A model generated the notes under the pieces. It worked only from the letters and a program-made list of their open reading frames with translations, did no database searches and was not told the DNA's origin. From the NCBI GenBank assembly GCA_035432885.1, contig DAORTX010000001.1:13043-77042 (forward strand): a stretch of 64,000 nt of DNA, given 5' to 3'. This DNA is from Usitatibacteraceae bacterium. GTDB lineage: Bacteria; Pseudomonadota; Gammaproteobacteria; Burkholderiales; Usitatibacteraceae. Positions 59,894 to 64,000 of the stretch are shown in pieces. Both the position numbers and the translations under genes were made by a program. The first letter of the stretch is position 1; each line of letters starts with the position of its first letter.

Positions 59894-60846
59894 TGGGCCC
59901 GAGCCTGCAGATCGATTCCCAGGGACGGCTGGTCCACCTCCTCACCACGGAGGGGCTGCCGGCGGAAATGATCCGGCACATCCTCGACACGGCCTCGCAG
60001 TTCGTGAGCGTGAACGAGCGCGAGGTGAAGAAGGTTCCCCTGCTGCGCGGCAAGTCGATCTTCAACGTCTTCTTCGAGAACTCCACGCGCACGCGCACGA
60101 CGTTCGAGATCGCCGCGAAGCGCCTGTCGGCCGACGTGATCAACCTGAACATCGGCTCGTCTTCGACGACCAAGGGCGAGACCCTGCTCGACACGGTATG
60201 GAACCTCCAGGCGATGGACGCCGACATGTTCGTGGTCCGGCACGCGGAAGCCGGCGCACCGCACCTCATCGCCCGCCACGTGAAGCCCGGCGTCCACGTC
60301 GTGAACGCCGGCGACGGTCGCCACGCGCACCCCACCCAGGGGCTGCTCGACATGTACACGATCCGCCACTACAAGCGCGATTTCACGCGGCTCGTCGTGG
60401 CGATCGTGGGCGACGTCCTGCACTCGCGCGTGGCGCGCTCGCAGATCCATGCGCTCACCACGCTGGGCGTTCCCGAGGTCCGGGTGATCGGGCCGAAGAC
60501 GCTGCTGCCCGCCGACGTCGAACGGCTCGGCGTGCGCGTCTTCCACGACATGGCCGCGGGGCTTCGCGATTGCGACGTGATCATCACGCTCAGGCTGCAG
60601 AACGAGCGCATGAGCGGCCCGCTCCTGCCCTCGGCGGGCGAGTTCCACAAGGCCTACGGGCTCACGCCCGAGAAGCTCTCGCGCGCGAAGCCCGACGCGA
60701 TCGTGATGCACCCGGGCCCCTTGAACCGCGGCGTCGAAATCGACTCCGTCGTGGCCGACGGCCGCCATAGCGTGATCATGCCGCAGGTCACGTACGGAAT
60801 CGCCGTGCGCATGGCGGTGATGGCCATCCTGGCCGGAAACGCCTGA
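59893..60846 (+). CDS. pyrB: Aspartate carbamoyltransferase catalytic subunit
   Basis: ATG at 59893. The motifs are FFENSTRTR and HPTQGLLD. Confidence 0.95.
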   Translation: MGPSLQIDSQGRLVHLLTTEGLPAEMIRHILDTASQFVSVNEREVKKVPLLRGKSIFNVFFENSTRTRTTFEIAAKRLSADVINLNIGSSSTTKGETLLDTVWNLQAMDADMFVVRHAEAGAPHLIARHVKPGVHVVNAGDGRHAHPTQGLLDMYTIRHYKRDFTRLVVAIVGDVLHSRVARSQIHALTTLGVPEVRVIGPKTLLPADVERLGVRVFHDMAAGLRDCDVIITLRLQNERMSGPLLPSAGEFHKAYGLTPEKLSRAKPDAIVMHPGPLNRGVEIDSVVADGRHSVIMPQVTYGIAVRMAVMAILAGNA

Positions 60847-60877
60847 CCCGTGATCGAAAAGCGAGCCGGCCACTGAC

Positions 60878-62152
60878 ATGAAGATCGACATCCGCAATGC
60901 CCGCGTCATCGATCCCGCCTCGGGCCGCGACGACAACGCCGACGTTTTCATCGCCGACGGCCGCGTCGTGGCGCTCGGCGCCGCGCCGGACGGCTTCCGG
61001 CCGGACCGCACGATCGATGCGACGGGCCTCGTCGCCTGCCCGGGACTCGTGGATCTCGCGGTGCGCCTTCGCGAGCCCGGGCTCGAGTACCGCGCCACCC
61101 TCGAGTCCGAGATGCAGGCCGCGGTCACGGGGGGCGTGACTTCGCTCGCGTGTCCGCCCGACACGGATCCGCCGCTCGACGAGCCGGGACTGGTCGAGAT
61201 GCTCAAGCGCCGCGCCGAAAGCCTGCGGCAGGCCCGCGTCTATCCGCTGGGCGCGCTCACGCTGGGACTCAAGGGACAGAAGATTGCGGAGATGGGAGAA
61301 CTCGCCGAGGCCGGCTGCGTCGGCTTCTTCCAGGCCGACGCCCCGCTCACCGACCTGAATGTGCTGCTGCAGGCCATGCGCTACGCCGCCACCTTTGGCC
61401 ACGTCGTCTGGCTTCGCCCGCAGGACGCTTGCCTTTCCCATGGCGGCGTGGCCCACGAGGGCGAGGTCAGCACGCGCCTGGGGCTTCCCGGGATCGCGTC
61501 GGTGGCCGAAACGGTGGCGCTGCACGCCATCCTCGAGCTCGCCGAGTTCACGGGCGCGCGGGTGCATGTCGCGAGGCTCTCGACGGCGCGCGGCGTGGCC
61601 CTCGTGGCCGCGGCCAAGGCTCGCGGGCTCGCGCTCACCTGCGACGTGGGCATGCACCACCTGCATCTCTGCGACCGGGATGTGGGCGACTTCAACGCCA
61701 ACATGCGCCTGGTGCCGCCGCTTCGCGACCAGCGTGACCGCGATGCGCTGCGCGGTGCCCTGGCGGATGGAACCATCGACGCGGTGTGTTCCGACCATGC
61801 ACCCGTCGATGACGACGCGAAGCAGGTGCCCTTCGGCGAGGCCGAACCCGGCGCGACCGGGCTCGAGCTCTTCCTGCCGCTGGTCCTCAAGTGGGGCGCG
61901 GAAATGAAGTTGCCGCTCGCGGCAACGCTCGCCGCGGCCACGTCGCGCCCGGCCGCGGTGCTGGGCATCGATGCCGGCACGCTGGGCCCGGGCCGGGCGG
62001 CGGATCTCTGCCTGTTCGACCCGCAGCGCCACTGGGTCGTCACGCCCGCGGTGCTCGCGAGCCAGGGCCGCAATTCCCCGTTCCTGGGCCTCGAGGTCAC
62101 GGGACGCGTGGCCGCGACGATCGTCGACGGCCGGGTCGTGTATTCCACCTGA
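60878..62152 (+). CDS. Dihydroorotase-like protein, probably non-catalytic (PyrC')
   Basis: 424 aa with an amidohydrolase fold. The first metal motif reads VDLAVRLREPG instead of DxHxH. It sits directly after pyrB. Confidence 0.8.
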   Translation: MKIDIRNARVIDPASGRDDNADVFIADGRVVALGAAPDGFRPDRTIDATGLVACPGLVDLAVRLREPGLEYRATLESEMQAAVTGGVTSLACPPDTDPPLDEPGLVEMLKRRAESLRQARVYPLGALTLGLKGQKIAEMGELAEAGCVGFFQADAPLTDLNVLLQAMRYAATFGHVVWLRPQDACLSHGGVAHEGEVSTRLGLPGIASVAETVALHAILELAEFTGARVHVARLSTARGVALVAAAKARGLALTCDVGMHHLHLCDRDVGDFNANMRLVPPLRDQRDRDALRGALADGTIDAVCSDHAPVDDDAKQVPFGEAEPGATGLELFLPLVLKWGAEMKLPLAATLAAATSRPAAVLGIDAGTLGPGRAADLCLFDPQRHWVVTPAVLASQGRNSPFLGLEVTGRVAATIVDGRVVYST

Positions 62153-62182
62153 TTTTCCCTCAATTTCCCCGAACGGATTCCC

Positions 62183-64000
62183 ATGGAGAACCCGCTGCTC
62201 GATTTTTCGGCGCTTCCGCGCTTTTCGGCGATCCGGCCCGAGCACGTGTTGCCCGCGATCGAGACACTGATCGCCCAGGGCCGCGCCGCGATCGAGCGGC
62301 TCTCGACGCAGCAGGGCGAGCCGACCTGGGAGGGATTCGTCGAACCGCTCGAGAGCGCCAATGAAAGACTGGCGCGGGCCTGGGCGCAGGTTTCGCACCT
62401 GAATGCCGTCGTCAACTCGCCCGCGCTTCGCGAGGCCTACAACGCGGCGCTGCCGAAAGTGACGCAATTCACCGCCGAGCAGGGCCAGGACTTGCGCCTG
62501 TTCGGGCGATTCAGGGAGCTCGCCGGTTCGGGCGCCTTCGCGAACCTCTCTCCGGCCCGGCGCCGGCTGGTGGAAAACGAGCTGCGCGACTTCCGTCTCG
62601 GCGGCGCCGAGCTTCCCGAGGCCGGAAAGGCGAGGTTCAGGCAGCTCCAGGAGGAACTTGCCGCCTTGTCGTCGCGTTTCCAGGACAACGTGCTCGATGC
62701 GACCAATCACTTCGGTCTTCACGCGACCGATCCCGCGCGGCTTCGCGGTATACCCGCGGACGTTCTCGAGACCGCGAAGGACGCGGCGGGCCGGGAAGCG
62801 CGCGAAGGATGGAAGCTCACGCTGCACATGCCGTGCTACCTCCCGGTCATGCAGTATGCGGATCACCGGGCGCTTCGCGAGCAGATGTACCGCGCGTTCG
62901 TCACGCGCGCTTCCGAGTTCGGCAAGCCGGACTGGGACAACGCCCCGCTCATCGCGAAGATCCTGGAGAAGCGCGAGGAGGTCGCCGCCTTGCTGGGGTA
63001 CCGGTCATTCGCGGAAGTCTCGCTTGCCACGAAGATGGCGCAGTCGCCCCCGGACGTGGTCGCGTTCCTCGAGGATCTGGCAGAGCGCGCGAAGCCGTTC
63101 GCCGTGGCGGACATGGCCGAGATCGAGGAGTTCGCGCGTGCGGAACTCGGCCTCGCCGATGTGCAGGCGTGGGATGTTGCCTGGGCCGGCGAGAAGCTGC
63201 GCCAGAAGCGCTATGCGTTCTCCGAGCACGAAGTGAAGCGCTATTTTCCCGAGGACGCGGTGCTCGACGGACTCTTCCGCGTGATCGAATCCCTCTATGG
63301 CCTGCACGTGAAGCCATCGCGGGCCGAGACCTGGCACCCGCTGGCGCGCTTCTATGCCATCGAGGACGCGAAGGGGAGCCCCGTGGGCCATTTCTACGTC
63401 GATCTCTACGCTCGCGAAGGCAAGCGCGGCGGGGCCTGGATGGACGATGCGAGGAACCGGCGCCGCACCGCTTCCGGCGTGCAGACGCCGGTCGCCTTCC
63501 TCACGTGCAATTTCTCCGCGCCCATGGGAGACCAGGCCGCATTCTTCACCCACAACGAAGTGATCACGCTGTTCCACGAGTTCGGCCACGGCCTGCACCA
63601 GCTCCTCACCCGCGTGGACGAACTCGGGGTCTCGGGAATCTCCGGCGTCGAATGGGACGCGGTCGAGCTTCCCTCGCAGTTCATGGAGAATTTCTGCTGG
63701 GAATGGGACGTGGTCTCGCGCATGTCGCGCCACGGCGACACCGGCGAGGCGATCCCGCGCGCGCTTTTCGACAAGATGGTGGCGGCGAAGAATTTCCAGA
63801 GCGGCATGCAGTTCGTGCGCCAGATCGAGTTCGCGCTCTTCGACATGCGCCTGCACCACGACTTCGACCGTTCGCGAGACACCCTGCCGGGGTTGCTCGA
63901 AAGCGTGCGGCGCCAGGTGGCCGTCGTGCACCCGCCCGCCTGGAACCGGTTCCCCAACCAGTTCTCCCACATCTTCGGCGGGGGCTATGCGGCGGGCTAC
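62183..64000 (+). CDS. prlC: Oligopeptidase A (M3 family), 5' part; continues beyond window
   Basis: The frame is open from ATG 62183 to the window end (606 codons). The protein begins MENPLLDFSALPRFS and has the zinc motif HEFGHGLH near 63580. Confidence 0.85.
   Translation, partial: MENPLLDFSALPRFSAIRPEHVLPAIETLIAQGRAAIERLSTQQGEPTWEGFVEPLESANERLARAWAQVSHLNAVVNSPALREAYNAALPKVTQFTAEQGQDLRLFGRFRELAGSGAFANLSPARRRLVENELRDFRLGGAELPEAGKARFRQLQEELAALSSRFQDNVLDATNHFGLHATDPARLRGIPADVLETAKDAAGREAREGWKLTLHMPCYLPVMQYADHRALREQMYRAFVTRASEFGKPDWDNAPLIAKILEKREEVAALLGYRSFAEVSLATKMAQSPPDVVAFLEDLAERAKPFAVADMAEIEEFARAELGLADVQAWDVAWAGEKLRQKRYAFSEHEVKRYFPEDAVLDGLFRVIESLYGLHVKPSRAETWHPLARFYAIEDAKGSPVGHFYVDLYAREGKRGGAWMDDARNRRRTASGVQTPVAFLTCNFSAPMGDQAAFFTHNEVITLFHEFGHGLHQLLTRVDELGVSGISGVEWDAVELPSQFMENFCWEWDVVSRMSRHGDTGEAIPRALFDKMVAAKNFQSGMQFVRQIEFALFDMRLHHDFDRSRDTLPGLLESVRRQVAVVHPPAWNRFPNQFSHIFGGGYAAGY

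Overview
GC-rich (by eye about two-thirds G+C) proteobacterial chromosomal segment with about 60 genes, nearly all on the + strand. All family calls come from motifs read by eye and recalled family knowledge; no database search was run. There are no rRNA or tRNA genes, CRISPR arrays, transposases or integrases. Left to right: the end of a Pil-Chp twitching chemosensory cluster (pilJ 3' part, a 1939-aa multi-Hpt ChpA), uppP, a cytochrome P460-family gene, thiC behind a TPP riboswitch, a TetR-HlyD-ABC efflux module, pcm-like/rhodanese/tolC, LPS core genes (waaA, waaC, a GT2) and rfbBACD. Next comes a complete Xps-type type II secretion cluster in the order gspE-F-G-H-I-J-K-L-M-N/C-D (22.9-33.7 kb). 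The most interesting part is 33.7-45.3 kb. An AT-rich spacer there carries sigma54-like and IHF-like motifs. It is followed by three separately transcribed genes for exported proteins I cannot place in a family: a small lipoprotein, a 489-aa beta-rich protein with strong expression signals, and a 473-aa Thr/Ser-rich 10-Cys protein. After these lies a tightly coupled six-gene operon: secreted parvulin PPIase, Wzm/Wzt glycan ABC exporter, two TPR-GT41 glycosyltransferases and a YqaA/DedA-type membrane protein. I read this as a candidate T2SS-linked, possibly glycosylated, surface-protein or S-layer-like system embedded in the O-antigen region; that is inference only. The rest is housekeeping: a DUF3683-FAD-FeS oxidoreductase, HIT, a conserved hypothetical, gshB, mpl, phzF-like, yqiA-like, an RNB exoribonuclease, a TonB-like protein, yqgE, ruvX, pyrR, pyrB, a degenerate pyrC' and the prlC 5' part.
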